Assembly (NCBI RefSeq): GCF_006345805.1
Contig: NC_043004.1
Span: forward strand, 40,176,001 to 40,240,000
Length of the DNA: 64,000 nucleotides
Origin: Octopus sinensis
Lineage: Eukaryota
Direction of reading: 5' to 3'
Of the stretch, positions 1-15,419 are shown one piece after another (positions within the stretch are counted from its first letter, which is position 1; each line of letters starts with the position of its first letter). A program made the position numbers and the translations under genes. The notes beneath the pieces are model-generated. The model saw nothing but the letters and a program-made list of their open reading frames with translations. It did no database searches and was not told where the DNA came from.

Positions 1-305
1 TCTCTTGGCTTTATTGAGAAAATTCTATAGTTTGTAAGATATTTATTGTTGTTTTTCTTCAATTTCTGCAATTTCAACCAATCAATGAGGTAAACAACAT
101 CCTGTGCCGTATGATATGTCCCTCGTTTACGAAATAGATTGGGTTTATTTACATTTGTGAAGAAGAAAAGATACCCTTCCTCCTAATCCTAACCATAACC
201 CTAAAACAGATTGAAATGCAATAGATCGATACTAGGGTCATAATTATGGGTGAGAATTTCATATGACACCGCTAGAAAAAACTGCCGTTCAAACCGAAAA
301 GATCC
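1..305 (+). mobile_element. MITE (GGATCTTTT-TIR family), left part cut off by the window edge
   Basis: Ends in AAAACTGCCGTTCAAACCGAAAAGATCC; internal sequence matches the full copies at 26043, 28613 and 34684. Confidence 0.9.
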
Positions 306-2390
306 GAGATTTGAATTCCGTAATGACTCTGCAAATTCGTAAGAATTCAAAGCATTATTTTCCACCTGTTCCTCTACCACAATGAACTGGATTGGGTGTG
401 TAGAAATTGCTGAAGATCCAATTAAATTTACCATGATGAACCATGTACAATGTCTGCTAGAAAATATTTGCGAACCTGTCTTTCCACACAAACCTAATGC
501 GTATGGTCGGCTCAGTGGACTTAAATCAACATATTTTCAGTCAAAATCATCAGTACATGAAAACATTTAAAATTTTCCGTTTTATTCTACGTTTCCATAC
601 TTTCTTCTGTTTTTATGAATGCTTAAATTTCACATTTCGAAGCGAAACTGTGTGTTCTGTTTCCACCCTTACAACGAACGTAAAATTTATTAAGCTTTTC
701 AAATATGTCTGACACAAATAACTTGCAAAGCTAAGTTTCATAATGAGAGATTTCTCTCAAGATTTTGAGTTTTGATAATAAATAATTAAATAAATAAAAC
801 CATTTCGTTTTTGATTTTTTTCTTCTTTTATATTTACGAGTCATCTCAAAGCTCCTCCTCAGTTTTTCTTTTTAATTAAATATGAAGTTCCATGTGATGC
901 TCTTAAATCATTTTTCTTGAATTACTTGTGTATGATTTAAAAAAAAAAAATAACGGTTTTTTCGCAATCTCGAAGAATTCAGTAATCTTTTTAAAAAACG
1001 GTAAAGAATTGCTTGCGTAGAAGGTATTTGTAATTTAGCAGGCTTCTTACATTCGCTGAATTAATATTCTTTATAATCACCAAATAAGACAACTTGTTAT
1101 CGTGTCAAAGAGAAAAATAAAATTCATATCGAGACACAAAAAAAAAGGAAAAAAAATTGGTAGTACTCTCAGTTCTCGAAGAACAATTGCATCAGCGTTG
1201 TTTTTATTCTTTGATAAATTTAACAATTTCTCCACGGGGAGCATATTTTCAGTTCAACATAAAAAAATAAACTCAAACTTTGAAAACAAAAATAGAAATA
1301 GAAATAAAAAAAAAATAGACGTATGTTATTCAAGAAGAATTTATATGTACAAGTATCTAAATTGTATAATAAATTCAAAATTGTAATATTAAAAATATAA
1401 AACCTTGTTGTTTTTTTTTTGTATTTATTGAATTAATTTAATAAAGTTATTCTGGAAAACGGAAAGAACTGCGGCGGCATTATTTGTTGATCTTACAAAT
1501 AAATTACACACTTGTCACAACATAATTACCCCAAAAAGTACCTAATATAAACGACACAGCTCACTGCCGATCTATGAATATATTTCCAAGCAAAGAATTC
1601 AAAATCATGGCGGTGAATATTGTAATTAACAACACCATTTCAATTAACAATACCGTTTCCTTCTCTTAGACTCCGAAATACATTTATTGAACCTAAGGCA
1701 CAAAATGCAAGACTGGCTTTCAAAATATGCTACAAATCATTACAAAACCAAAAATATTCATTACACTAAATTTTCAAAAACCAGCCAATAAATAAATAAA
1801 TAAATAAATAAATAAAAATTATTGATAACAAAATAGAGAAAAGTCTTGTTTGTAGAACGCTCGATTGCACCATCCACAATATACGGCAGCCATTAAATGC
1901 AATCATTTTCAGTGTAAAATAAGAGGGTGGCACAGAAACTGAACCAGAACAACGTAAAAGTACTCCGTTAGAGTATCGTTCTATTATTGTTCAGTTTTCC
2001 TTCCATACTTGTACCATCGGCTTACTTTCTTGCTTGTATATTCTGGGTTTTTTTCAAAATCATAATGGCGGGTGCTCGCGCATCCTATTGACCAGTAACC
2101 TCCACACTTCCCTACCTTCCATCATCTCTGCAGTACGGTTTTCTTTTTTAAATTTTCAATCGCTTTCTTTAGTATGTGTATACACAAATGCTCAAATAAC
2201 TAAATACAATGTCCTAATAAATCAAGCAAATACATTTTAGCATTCTCTATAAAAGTTCCGTGACCCTAAATAATCTTTACAAGATCATCCGGAGGTTTTC
2301 TATCCATATTTTAAAAAAAAAACTATGCCATAAGCTTACAGCTCCCTACATTATTTTAGCATAGATTTAACTTTCTACAGCTTTCCCATC

Positions 2391-2610
2391 TTTTACCCTT
2401 TTGTTTCATTCATTGGACTGCAGCCATGCTAGGGTACAACTTAGAAGGGTTTTAGTCGAACGAATCGAACCCAGTACTGATCTATTTTAAACTTGGTATT
2501 TATTTAACGGTCTCTTATGCCGAACCGCTAAAACTGCGGTGACGTAAAGAAACCAGCACCGGTTCTGAAACGGTGGTGAAAAACGAAGACACACACACAC
2601 ACACACACAC
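2391..2610 (-). mobile_element. SINE family A, diverged 3' part
   Basis: Reverse complement resembles the family A tail (...ccagcatggctgcagtc...gaaacaa) and the gccgaaccgctaa segment. Confidence 0.7.
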
Positions 2611-3547
2611 GAGGAAGTGGAAAAACGAAAGAAAAAAGGCACTCAACACTTTTAGGAGGTACGTGTATTATTACCTCCGCCTCAACGAATTGTTTTAAGT
2701 CGTGCTTGTTCGTCCGTGGACAAGATATCTCAAGAACCGGTGTATAGATTCGGATGAAACTTGCAGGGATGTTTGGCCCCGTTACTGGCACGAACTGATT
2801 AGATTTTGGGAACAATCCGGTACCGGACAAGGGTTCTGGATTATTTTTCCGGTTTTTTTTTTTACTTTACACGTATATGTAAAGTTTCACATAGTTCTCT
2901 TGTACATGCACACACATATACGCATATACTCACACATTTTCAGCGTTTACCATTACCACCCCATTTCCATTGTACACACACACAAACATACCACTCTTTT
3001 ACACACACATTCACACTTCAAACGCCGTTTATCGGCTTTTTCATCCCTTCCTTTGTTACGTTATTCATCTATCACCCCTTCCTTTCTCATTCATACGACG
3101 TTATTTTTGCCATTTCGCTTCGTTTTTCTCATTGTCATTACTTTCTCTCACTCCATCTCAGTTATGGCTATTACTCTCACTACTTCTCCTTCACCGTATT
3201 AGTATTTCATCTCTCCCTTCACCTCTCACTCAATATATATATATATATATTTGGATTATTTTTCCGTTTGAGAGCGATCGGGTTCATTCTTAGTATTCTC
3301 ATTTTTGAGAGCAGTCGATTTTATTTCAGATATTCTCATTTTAAAAATCATCTCGGTTTAATCGTTGAGAGGACATTGGTGTTGCCTTGGCGGAAGTTTG
3401 CGCTCTCTGAGTGCTCTTGTTTAAAATAGTTTGATTCGGTTCGATGCAACTTAAAGTTTCGTAGGTTTCTTATAGAAACCTAGCTCGTTCAGGCTCAGAT
3501 GAGCCTCAATGAGTTAGGATTTTGGAAGTCGCATGGAACCGATCAAA

Positions 3548-4028
<481 letters not shown>

Positions 4029-4034
4029 TAGATA

Positions 4035-5312
4035 GTGACCCGAGAATATTACACCAGACTAAGGAAAATATGGCAGTCAGAACTCTCCTCTTACAACAAA
4101 CAATATCCCACAATGCATTTGCAGTACCAGTGCTGATCCCAACATTTGGGATACTTGATTGGTCTGTATAGGAAATCCACTCCATAGATATCGAAACCCG
4201 CAAAATCCTGACAACAACTGGGAACTTCCACAGAAACAGTGATGTTGACAGGCTCTACCTAAGAAGAAATGAAGGTGATAGAGGCTTGAGATCAGTGCAG
4301 ACTCCCTTCGAATGCTGTATGGTATAACTCAGACAGAACCTGCTAAACAACAGCAGTAAAAATAAATATATTAATGCAGTCCTGAAAAGTGAAGTGAGCA
4401 ACATTGTACGAGTTGGCAGTGAACTCCTCAAGAAACACTCTCTTCCTGATGACCTCTTAAAAAGCCCCCAAAACAGCTGGGCTCTCTTACCTCAAAGAAG
4501 ACCTGGATGGACAACACTCAGCATATAAAAAAAAATCATACACAGGTATGTTGTCCGGAAGCTTGAAGAAGACAGTAGAATTGAGACGAAGAGCAGCCTC
4601 TCTTGGACACAAGACCACTACATCACATCACACTTTGAAGGCTATGCGTTTGCAATCCAGGAACAGGAGATTGCCACTAAGTACCCGGTGAACAAGAGAG
4701 AGAGTGGTGCTCTTGTGATCCCAAGGTGCAACCGCATATCTAGGCTATGTTATGTTTCTGTGATCAGCAGCTGTCCTAAAATGTCGTTACGGTACTACCC
4801 ACTACGCGGTACGATGTTGTTGCTAAAACAATTTACAATGTTATCTGCTAAAAAGAAATATACTTAGAAAATCCCTCTGTTATGGAATACATTCATAAAC
4901 ATCAACTCAAGGAATACTGGCGGAATATTCCCATCAAAATTTCTAAGCATAATAGACCGAATACTGTTGTTTGGGACAGAGGGAAAAGGTATGTACCATC
5001 ATAGAGGTTAGCTGCCCCGCAGATACAAATATATCTTTGAAAATCAAACTATTAATTCATATTCATACCAATGATAATTGGAGCATTAGGTTTTGTTAGT
5101 AAATGCTTAAAGGAGAATCTGGATAAACTAGGATTATCAGAAAGAGAAATTGACCGGCTGATTTGTAAAAGTCCAATCTGTGAGTGAAAAAATATACAAG
5201 ACTTTTCTCAAGTTCCAAATGTGAATTTTTCTGTGTTAACTACATCCAAAAGACGGAACCTTGTATCTTTGCTGGAAACCGGCTCCCTTCTCTGTGAAAG
5301 ATTTGTAATAAT
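4035..5312 (+). mobile_element. Non-LTR retrotransposon 3' fragment, R4/Dong-like (RT thumb plus restriction-like endonuclease), degenerate
   Basis: Manual translation gives SDVDRLYLRRNEGDRGL, a C..RLC remnant and KHNRPNTVVWDRG...TIIEVSCP; stops and frameshifts present. Confidence 0.75.
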
Positions 5313-5349
5313 TAAAAAAACAGAAGAGACATACATACATACACATACA

Positions 5350-5480
5350 CGACGGGCTTCTTTCGGTTTCCAAATCTACTCAAAAGGGGATAGTAGAAAA
5401 CACGAGCCCAAAGTGCCACGCAGAGGGACTGAACCCGGAACCATGTGGTTGGAAAGCAAACGTCTTAGTACACAGCCTAA
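5350..5480 (-). mobile_element. SINE family A 5' half
   Basis: gtgccacgcagagggactgaacccggaaccatgtggttgg is the reverse complement of the family A head. Confidence 0.8.
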
Positions 5481-6804
5481 TTTTTTTATAAAAACCGGAA
5501 GCTTTAAACCATAATACTGCGGAGCTACTGATAATACCTTCCCAACAAATGTGACGCATTTTCGGTTGCCTCTTAACAAGATTTAAGGTTTTTGACAATT
5601 GTAAAAATGTTTTTGAAGTTGTATAATGCTTTTGAAATGCCCGATAAGACAGTACTGAGGTCATAAGGACCAAAAATGGTTACACCTTTTGTCGATGTTG
5701 GCAAGATTCTCAAGTTTACAAATATCCATAAGCAAATTCTGCTTGTTTAATATGCAGAGAATATTTCACCTCCAAGTCTGTTTCGACAAATCCGACCGGC
5801 AGCGAAAAAACAAACAATGAACGTTTTCGAGAAACTGATTTTTAATTTACAAGATGTGACTCTTCGCTTTTTATCGATATATTAATTTTGACTGCTGCTG
5901 TTTAACAAAATATTGTCTGAATGGTTACCATATGACACTCAAAGGCTGTCTGGACTGGTTTGGTCTTTTAAAGCATTGCCCCATTGTCGCTATTTCTGTA
6001 GAAGCATCCAGTTTAAGTTAGGATCTTGTGGTTTTTAATGTCACTAGGACAGTGACAAACTGAATGAGTTTTATTTTGTTTGTGAGTATGTGTGTGTGTG
6101 TGTGTGAGTGCGCACGCGTGTGTATGTGTATGCAGGTGTATATGTGTGTGTGTGTGTGACAGAGAGAGAGAGAGAGAGAGAGTGAGTGACTATGTATAGT
6201 AAATGATGTATAGAATTGGTGTATAAAATAAGATGCATCAACTGTGGTAATTGATGTATAGAATAAGTATGATGTTTAGATTTAGTATTTGCCATCTTTT
6301 CCACGCAAGCATAACGTTTGAACATACGCGCGCGCGCGTACATACACACACACACATACACACACACGCACACACAAATTTACATGCGTGTCAGCCTCTA
6401 TGTGTGTGCGAACACGAAGTTAAAAAAATAATATAAATACATTTAGGAACTATGATGACGGTAGTATTTAAGAGAATATATATGCATATACGCACGAATA
6501 TATAGACAGGAATGTATGCACACACACAAACACACCTGAAGCCGCTTATTCGGATCACTTTCGAATGAAGCCTTTCCGATAACAATAATCGATTGATTAT
6601 TGAGCAAATAGATTTTAGGACCCTCCAGCTTTGATTATTGATAACCGGTTGATAACATTATCCGTAATCATAGTCACCGGCTTCTACTGGATGCATAAAT
6701 GAATAAGAATCAACAATGAACTCCTATACAGTCGTCACCCACTGCGATCTAGAAATAGCAGCCGAAATTCATTCCATATATACTGTCTACAAATTAAAAA
6801 AAAA

Positions 6805-6853
6805 TTAGCATGCTACTGCTGGTGATGGTGATGGTGATGATGATGATGATGAA

Positions 6854-6896
<43 letters not shown>

Positions 6897-7023
6897 GTGG
6901 TGGTGATGATGGTGATGGTGATGGTAGTGGTAATGATGATGATGATGATGGATGGATGGATAGATGGCTAGGCAGACGGACAGACAGATAGACAGACAAA
7001 TAGATAGAAAGATAGATAGATAG

Positions 7024-7078
<55 letters not shown>

Positions 7079-7147
7079 ACACAGATATATACATAAATGG
7101 ACATATATACATACACGGACGCAAACACACACACACACATATATATA

Positions 7148-7187
<40 letters not shown>

Positions 7188-7190
7188 ACA
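6805..7190. repeat. Compound microsatellite (GAT/GGT)n-(TAGA)n-(CA)n-(TA)n
   Basis: Directly visible. Confidence 0.95.
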
Positions 7191-7631
7191 TATGTTGTAT
7201 ATAGGTTGTGTATTTTTTTTTTTAAGTTTGAGAGAATTGTATTTATCACATGTTGTAAAAGTGTGGCATGAATAGAATGGATTGCTTGACCTTTTCGTAA
7301 TCAGAAATATCAATAGGTGATCAGGTCCTATTGATATAAGAAGGCACTGGGAAATTTGTAACATAATGTGCTTAACTGTCAAGGGCGTTGGCGGAATAAG
7401 CAAAACACCAAAGACTAGGAATAGAATTTTATTTTACTCGCACACACAAGGTGTGCCTGAGTATACCGGTGTAATTTTATGTATGGCCATAACTAAATGG
7501 ACTTAGTGATGGATAAAATAAGTTCTAACTTCCTAGGGTTTGCACAAATGAATAAAGCACTTGACAGTGGACCCAATATGACCGCAGTCCAATGAGTGAC
7601 AGCATTACACACAGATCGTACATATACATAC

Positions 7632-7663
<32 letters not shown>

Positions 7664-7785
7664 CATACATACATACATACATACATACATGCAAAGACAG
7701 ACGCACATTCATTCATTCAGTATCTGCTTTAACTTCTGATGTTGGAATTGAATATTTACTTGTAGAAAGTTGGAATATGCCGTTA

Positions 7786-7824
<39 letters not shown>

Positions 7825-7843
7825 TGTGTGTGTGTGTGTACTA

Positions 7844-7968
<125 letters not shown>

Positions 7969-9009
7969 GATAGATAGATAGATAGATAGATATACATGCA
8001 CATGTATGAGCATACAAGTGTGTGTGTGTGTGTGCGTGTACACAGTGAGGGCTACATAACCGGTCGAACTGCTAGAAATATCAGTGACATCGTCCCCGAG
8101 TCACCCTAACAGTCTATTGGAAGAATGCAGTAGATAGCATAGTGCTGGATATACAGAAAACCGTGGTGGTCACGGCTGGAATATTTTGGTCATATGTCTG
8201 CTCGATCAGAGCTAATATGGGTTTAAACAACAAATCCAATATGGATAAGAAACAGTGCAGACCAGTCCTAACACTTCATCCAAATAACAGTAATTTTACA
8301 CAGAAATATAGGACTCCATACCGTTTTTTACTTCAGTCAGCGAGCTAAGGGAGGGGACGCTTCTTTTGTAATCGCACCAGACAATAGATATAACAAGGAA
8401 ATCTCTCCCCAAAACCCAACTCGATTCTTAGAACAAGGAGGACACACCGGCCAGTGTAATACCTTAGGTCAGTAATGAGCAACTGTTTTCAAGAAAAGGG
8501 CCGCAGCTCTTCATCTAGTGCCCAAACTACCAAATCAAAATCAATGAACGCTATTTTCTCTGTGAAATTAGGTGTGCCGTCCAAAAAGTCCCGCGGATTG
8601 CAGTTCTAAAAAAAAAACGATAAAAGAAAAAGAGAGAGAGATTCACGGCAGTAATGCCTTTGCCGATTAAATCGTTTAGAGCATCGGACATATTGCCCTG
8701 AAGTATTTAGTTGTGACCCTTTACGTTCCGAGTTTATATCCTTGCCATGAACAACTCTGCATTTCATTTTTGCAAGGTCGAGAAAATGTAGAACCAGTTA
8801 ACAAGCTATTTGATATCCCTACAAACTACTGTAGATGTAAATGGAAATATATGATACAAAGAAGAAATCCCGAAGCATTAAACAACAGTACAGAAGGCAT
8901 GGTTTCCACCCCACCCCCTTAACAGCACCATATTCTTATTTCCCAGGAAAAATCTCTCCAAAGACTCCGCCATGCTTGTAAAATTAGTCCACCATAATCA
9001 CGAGTCAAC

Positions 9010-9865
9010 TTGTGACGGAGAGCTTCTCCCACGTTCATTCGACCCGCTAGTTGCAGCAGCCCAATTCTCTCACTCAAATCACACCTTTACTATCTTTAAC
9101 AATTAAAAAAAGAAAAAGAAAAGAATGGATAATGTAGTTCTGATAGGATTAGATCTTCAAGATGGGAATACATTTGATCATAAGTCTAACTCAATTCAGA
9201 GATAACCAACCTCGGCCAAAACAACACATCGTCATTATCATCCTCACTGTCATCTATCTCTAAAGCCCACCATGGCATAAACGCCATTCACATCTCTCTT
9301 CCTTCCAAAATCAGTTTGGTGTGGCTGCATCCCTAAACGTCAGAAATCTAAAACCAGAACAGGCGGTAGAGAGTCAACCTCCTTCATTGATTTACGCTTT
9401 TAACCTCCGCTTCAGTTTCGGACCATCGACTCAAGAGATTCAATGAAATAAAGTATCAGTAACAGAGTGAGTTGGTTCCAATAAACCGTCAGCACGCTTC
9501 GCCATGCTTCAATTAAAAGCGGGTCTTTCAGGCGGCTTACCTACAGACATCCCGACTTTATTTCCTCATAACTTTCAGAAAAACAGACATTTTCTAACGA
9601 AATTTGCAATAAATACGTTTCAGGTGATATAGATTACAATTACATCGAAATTTAAAGTGAGAAAACTGAGTTGCTAGATATATATTCCACTATTCACTCA
9701 AATCACACTCTACCCGTCTCAGACAAAAGGAAGACAAAGTCTTCGAGACACCATGTCTGAAAAAAACAAAGTGGAGATGGTCAAGGCTAAGACGTCCTCA
9801 ACCAGATCTGCTTTAACAAGGACACAATGGAGGAGGGTTAACTTAGTCTAAACAACAATAAAAAG
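9010..9865. mobile_element. Two old copies of a diverged SINE-like family E (ctagaaatagcag...ctcaaatcacacc motif); related pieces near 8045-8250, 11605-11750 and 25612-25820
   Basis: Shared motif recurs at several loci with ~200-bp colinear similarity judged by eye. Confidence 0.5.
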
Positions 9866-10089
9866 CTGTCACTTAGGCTCGATTCCTCGGCTCAATGAAC
9901 TTCTGTCGGCATCAATGTCTTTAGGAAATATCTAAACGTCACACAACGTCACACGCTTCCCTTTCTTTTAAACTGGTATAACCTGTGTTTTAGAGTCCGG
10001 TTTGAGTTCGTCTGTGTGCGAACAGTTAGTAACTCGGGTTCTATTCACGGCTGGGGTTCGATTTACCTTTTATATATTCACATAAACAC

Positions 10090-10153
<64 letters not shown>

Positions 10154-10539
10154 GAAATATCTTCTATTTCTCTCTCTATCTCTCTTTCTCTCTCTCTGGA
10201 ATGGCCTGATCGCCACAGCTTCCTCTTCAGCCAAAAACAATGTTTCCATGTCTGCTGGAAATCACTATACAATGAATCCTGACTGGTGATTTTATACACA
10301 CACACACACACACACATATTACACGCACGCACACAGAATCAGGCATCATTTGAGGCATCGATCGAACATAGGTCTTTGAATATAGGTTTTGTCACATTTT
10401 TAGCAACAAGTATCCTATTTCCATGCCTTCTCTTTAAAATTGCGGTTCGAGGCCTAAAGGAGTGAAAGAAGTTTTCTACTCCAGCATTTTAAGGCGTTGC
10501 GAATAAGAAGGGACAGCTGTCATAATTCTATTTCTTCGT

Positions 10540-10814
10540 ACATGAATATGTGTGTATGTATGTATGTATGTATGCATGTATGTATAATATATGGATAGAC
10601 AGATATACACATACACATATATACATATACTAATATATACAATACATATACTCATATACACACATATGTGTATATATATATTTATATATGTACAGATATA
10701 AGTATACATGTATATACATACATACGTATAAACATACAAATATATACATAAAATCACATATACATGCATATACACATGTATGCATGTATGTATGTACGAT
10801 ATATGTATGTATGT

Positions 10815-10910
<96 letters not shown>

Positions 10911-11026
10911 GTAGGTAGGTAGGTAGGTAGGTAGGTAGGTAGGTAGGTAGGTAGATAAATAGATAGATAGAGATAGGTAGGTAAGTAGGTAGATAGATAG
11001 AGAGATAGATAGATAGATAGATAGAT

Positions 11027-11118
<92 letters not shown>

Positions 11119-11299
11119 TACTGTGCATCGAAAGATTTAGTAAATGCCCAAAGAATGCGATTTAAAGAAATGTAGAAATAAATGTAGCATACAGAATTAT
11201 GTATGGCATATGTATATAATACATACATATAGATGTTTTCGTATAAACACATATATATGCATATAAACGGACGTGTATATCTATATCTAGCTTTATATC

Positions 11300-11332
<33 letters not shown>

Positions 11333-11446
11333 ATATATATATATATATATATATACGTGTGTGTGTGTACACACATATGCATATACATATACGTATATAC
11401 ATACATATACATATATACACGCATACATATACAAATAGAAATATTA

Positions 11447-11526
<80 letters not shown>

Positions 11527-11535
11527 TATATCAAT
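10540..11535. repeat. Compound microsatellite (TATG/TA/TAGA/TAGG/TCTA)
   Basis: Directly visible. Confidence 0.95.
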
Positions 11536-11918
11536 GTGACATGGGATATTCAAGTGTCTCTTTGTATTAGTTGTACTATGTAAGCATGGATGAAATAACG
11601 AAGTGCGACCTGCTAGAAATAACAGGTGAAGTCTCCCACAAATCACACTCCACAGCTTTCAACAGAAGTTTAAAGGTACGTGGACACAAACAAACCAAGA
11701 TCTTCAAGTTTTTAAGGATTTTGATCATAGGACCAAGGTTAGTAGTCATCGACATGTGTGTGTGTGTGTGTGTGTATAACATACATATATGTAATATTGA
11801 TAGGTAATGTTATATATATATATGTTGTGTATATACCTATCCTTTTATCTTTTTTTACTTGTTTCAGTCATGTGACTGCGGCCATGCTGGAGCACATATA
11901 TGTAATGTAATGTTATGT

Positions 11919-11949
<31 letters not shown>

Positions 11950-11963
<14 letters not shown>

Positions 11964-12082
11964 ATACGTTGTGTGTGTGTGTGTGTATGTGTGTACGTAC
12001 GTATGTATATTTGGAACTCAGGAGGACAAAAATGAGAGCATGAATGGAGAATACCAATGTGAATAAAAGACATTTAAAGACC

Positions 12083-12141
<59 letters not shown>

Positions 12142-12934
12142 GCATACATATACATATGTGTGTATGTGTGTATGTGTGTGTGTGTGTTGTGTTAATAGAG
12201 AGAGTGAGGGGGAGGGGAATTAAGGAGGAGGAAAGAACTTACCAAATGAAGAAAATGGTAGTTTCAAAAAGCGGAAAGACTCACAAAAAATGTCGTCTTG
12301 AAGAGGGAAAAAATCCAATATGTAGTAAGAACTTAGAGTTTTATATCTTCTACCTGTGTATATAAAGAGAAGATTCTACGATTGAAACACAGAGATGTTG
12401 TGTGAGAGAAACACAGAGAGAGAGAGGGGGGAGAGAGATAGTGAGAGTGTGTAAGTGAAAGAACAGATAGAGATATAGAGAGAAAATGGAGAGAGATAGA
12501 AGTGATTATATAAAGAGGGAGTCAGTGAAAGAGACAGATGCATGGAGAGGAAGGGTAACAGATAGATAGATAGATAGAGAATGTGAGGGGAGGAGGAACT
12601 AAATCGACGAAGAGAGATGGATGGAGAGAGAGAGAAAAACACGCACAGAGAGGGGGAAGAGAAATAGATAAATAATTATACAGAGAGAGAAAAGGTGGAA
12701 GGAAGGAGGAGGAGTTAAAAAAGACGCGGGAGTTAGAAATGAAAAAATGATTGCGTGCGTATGCGTATCAAATATTCCTCTGTATGTGTTGTGTGTGTGT
12801 GGTGTGTGTGTGTATACGTTGTGTGTGTGTGTGTGTGTATGTGTGTACGTACGTATGTATATTTGGAACTCAGGAGGACAAAAATGAGAGCATGAATGGA
12901 GAATACCAATGTGAATAAAAGACATTTAAAGACC

Positions 12935-12993
<59 letters not shown>

Positions 12994-13632
12994 GCATACA
13001 TATACATATGTGTGTATGTGTGTATGTGTGTGTGTGTGTTGTGTTAATAGAGAGAGTGAGGGGGAGGGGAATTAAGGAGGAGGAAAGAACTTACCAAATG
13101 AAGAAAATGGTAGTTTCAAAAAGCGGAAAGACTCACAAAAAATGTCGTCTTGAAGAGGGAAAAAATCCAATATGTAGTAAGAACTTAGAGTTTTATATCT
13201 TCTACCTGTGTATATAAAGAGAAGATTCTACGATTGAAACACAGAGATGTTGTGTGAGAGAAACACAGAGAGAGAGAGGGGGGAGAGAGATAGTGAGAGT
13301 GTGTAAGTGAAAGAACAGATAGAGATATAGAGAGAAAATGGAGAGAGATAGAAGTGATTATATAAAGAGGGAGTCAGTGAAAGAGACAGATGCATGGAGA
13401 GGAAGGGTAACAGATAGATAGATAGATAGAGAATGTGAGGGGAGGAGGAACTAAATCGACGAAGAGAGATGGATGGAGAGAGAGAGAAAAACACGCACAG
13501 AGAGGGGGAAGAGAAATAGATAAATAATTATACAGAGAGAGAAAAGGTGGAAGGAAGGAGGAGGAGTTAAAAAAGACGCGGGAGTTAGAAATGAAAAAAT
13601 GATTGCGTGCGTATGCGTATCAAATATTCCTC

Positions 13633-13640
<8 letters not shown>
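11950..13640 (+). repeat. Near-identical direct tandem duplication, ~850-bp unit x2
   Basis: Identical ORFs at 12156/13008 and 12376/13228 (offset 852); junction lies in a (TG)n tract. Confidence 0.95.
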
Positions 13641-13671
<31 letters not shown>

Positions 13672-13731
13672 TTGCGTATGTATGTGTGAAAGATAATGTA
13701 TGACAATTATATACATACATATAGATAGATC

Positions 13732-13784
<53 letters not shown>

Positions 13785-13948
13785 GCAGATATATACAGAT
13801 ATTGATATATATATATATATACATACACACACACATATACATGTGTGTGAGAGAGAGAGTTTGTATGTGTGTATATACATATGCATATACTTACACACTG
13901 CGCAGAAACAAATGTTGCAATTTGTAACTGAAGCCATCCGTATAAATT

Positions 13949-14042
<94 letters not shown>

Positions 14043-14469
14043 CACACGTATATGTATGTATGCATGTTATAATATAGTTGATGAATGTGTGCTTACAAAC
14101 GGACGGAACAAGAACTCAATATCTAAGTAGAGAGCAGATATTTTATTAGAAGTCTAAATTTCTTGAATCGCAAACCGAGTGTTCAAACGCTACAAGTGTG
14201 TGTTTAGCGTTAGACAAAGAGAGAGAGAGAGTGAAAGGAGATCGAGAGAGGGAGAGAGAGGAGAGTGTGGGGAAAGAAAATATAAGTATATAGAGAAAAT
14301 GAGAGAGAGAAAAGACATTCACACACACACACACACACACACCAAACATACACACACACACGCACGCACGCGGAGGCAGTCTGCACGAGAACTGGAAAAA
14401 GAAAACAGTTTACACACCGTATGATATTAGTGTATATCGAAATATAAATTTATATATATATATACACCT

Positions 14470-15130
14470 ATATGTACAGAGATATTTCATACACACACAC
14501 ACACGTGTATATATATTTATGTATATGTGTGTATGTGATATGTGCATGTATGTATGTTTGTATGTATGTACGTACGTACGTGCGTATGTATGTATGTATG
14601 TATGTAGTATGTATGTATGTATGTACGTACGTATGTATGTATGTATGTATGTATGTATGTATGTATGTGATATGTACATGTATGTATGTATGTATGTATG
14701 TACGTTTGTATGTATGAATGTATGTATGTGATATGTACATGTAGTATGTATGTATGTATGTATGTATGTATGTATGTACGTTTTTATGTATGTATGTACG
14801 TACGTATATATGTATGTATGTATGTACGTTCGTATGTATGTATGTGATATGTACATGTATGTATGTATGTATATATGTATGTATGTACGTTCGTATGTAT
14901 GTGATATGTACATGTATGTATGTATATATGTATGTATGTACGTTCGTATGTATGTGATATGTACATGTATGTATGTATGTATGTATGTATGTACGTACGT
15001 ATATATGTATGTATGTATGTATGTACGTTTGTATGTATGTATGTATGTATGTATGTGATATGTACATGTATGTATGTATGTATGTATGTATGTATGTATG
15101 TATGTATGTATGTATGTATGTATGTATGAA
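14470..15130. repeat. Degenerate (TATG)n array with longer sub-repeats
   Basis: Directly visible; recurring gtgatatgtacatgtatg and gtacgttcgtatg variants. Confidence 0.95.
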
Positions 15131-15419
15131 TGCAATGACGCTAGCGAAGCGGGTTCGTGTCACGGGTAGCGTTCTAATATCAATAATCAAATCGTGTGTT
15201 AAGACTAGTTGCTTAGTTAATCAGTTGTCAGATTGGTAGATATGTTGACTAGTTGGTTGGTTGGCAACGTGCCTCTTGTTTAAGCACTGCTCACTCTCTT
15301 TTTCTCCAGTTAATGGTTTATGGCAACTTGGCATGGCTTGGCAGCAAACGAGATTTCCTTGAATACGGTTAGATGCCAAACGACAACGATGCCGTTTTAT
15401 TTTGCTTACTAGCTGCTAC

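Noticed and set aside
7307-7337. 11-bp hairpin atatcaatagg/cctattgatat
   Set aside because: Short, AT-rich and isolated; plausible by chance in 64 kb.
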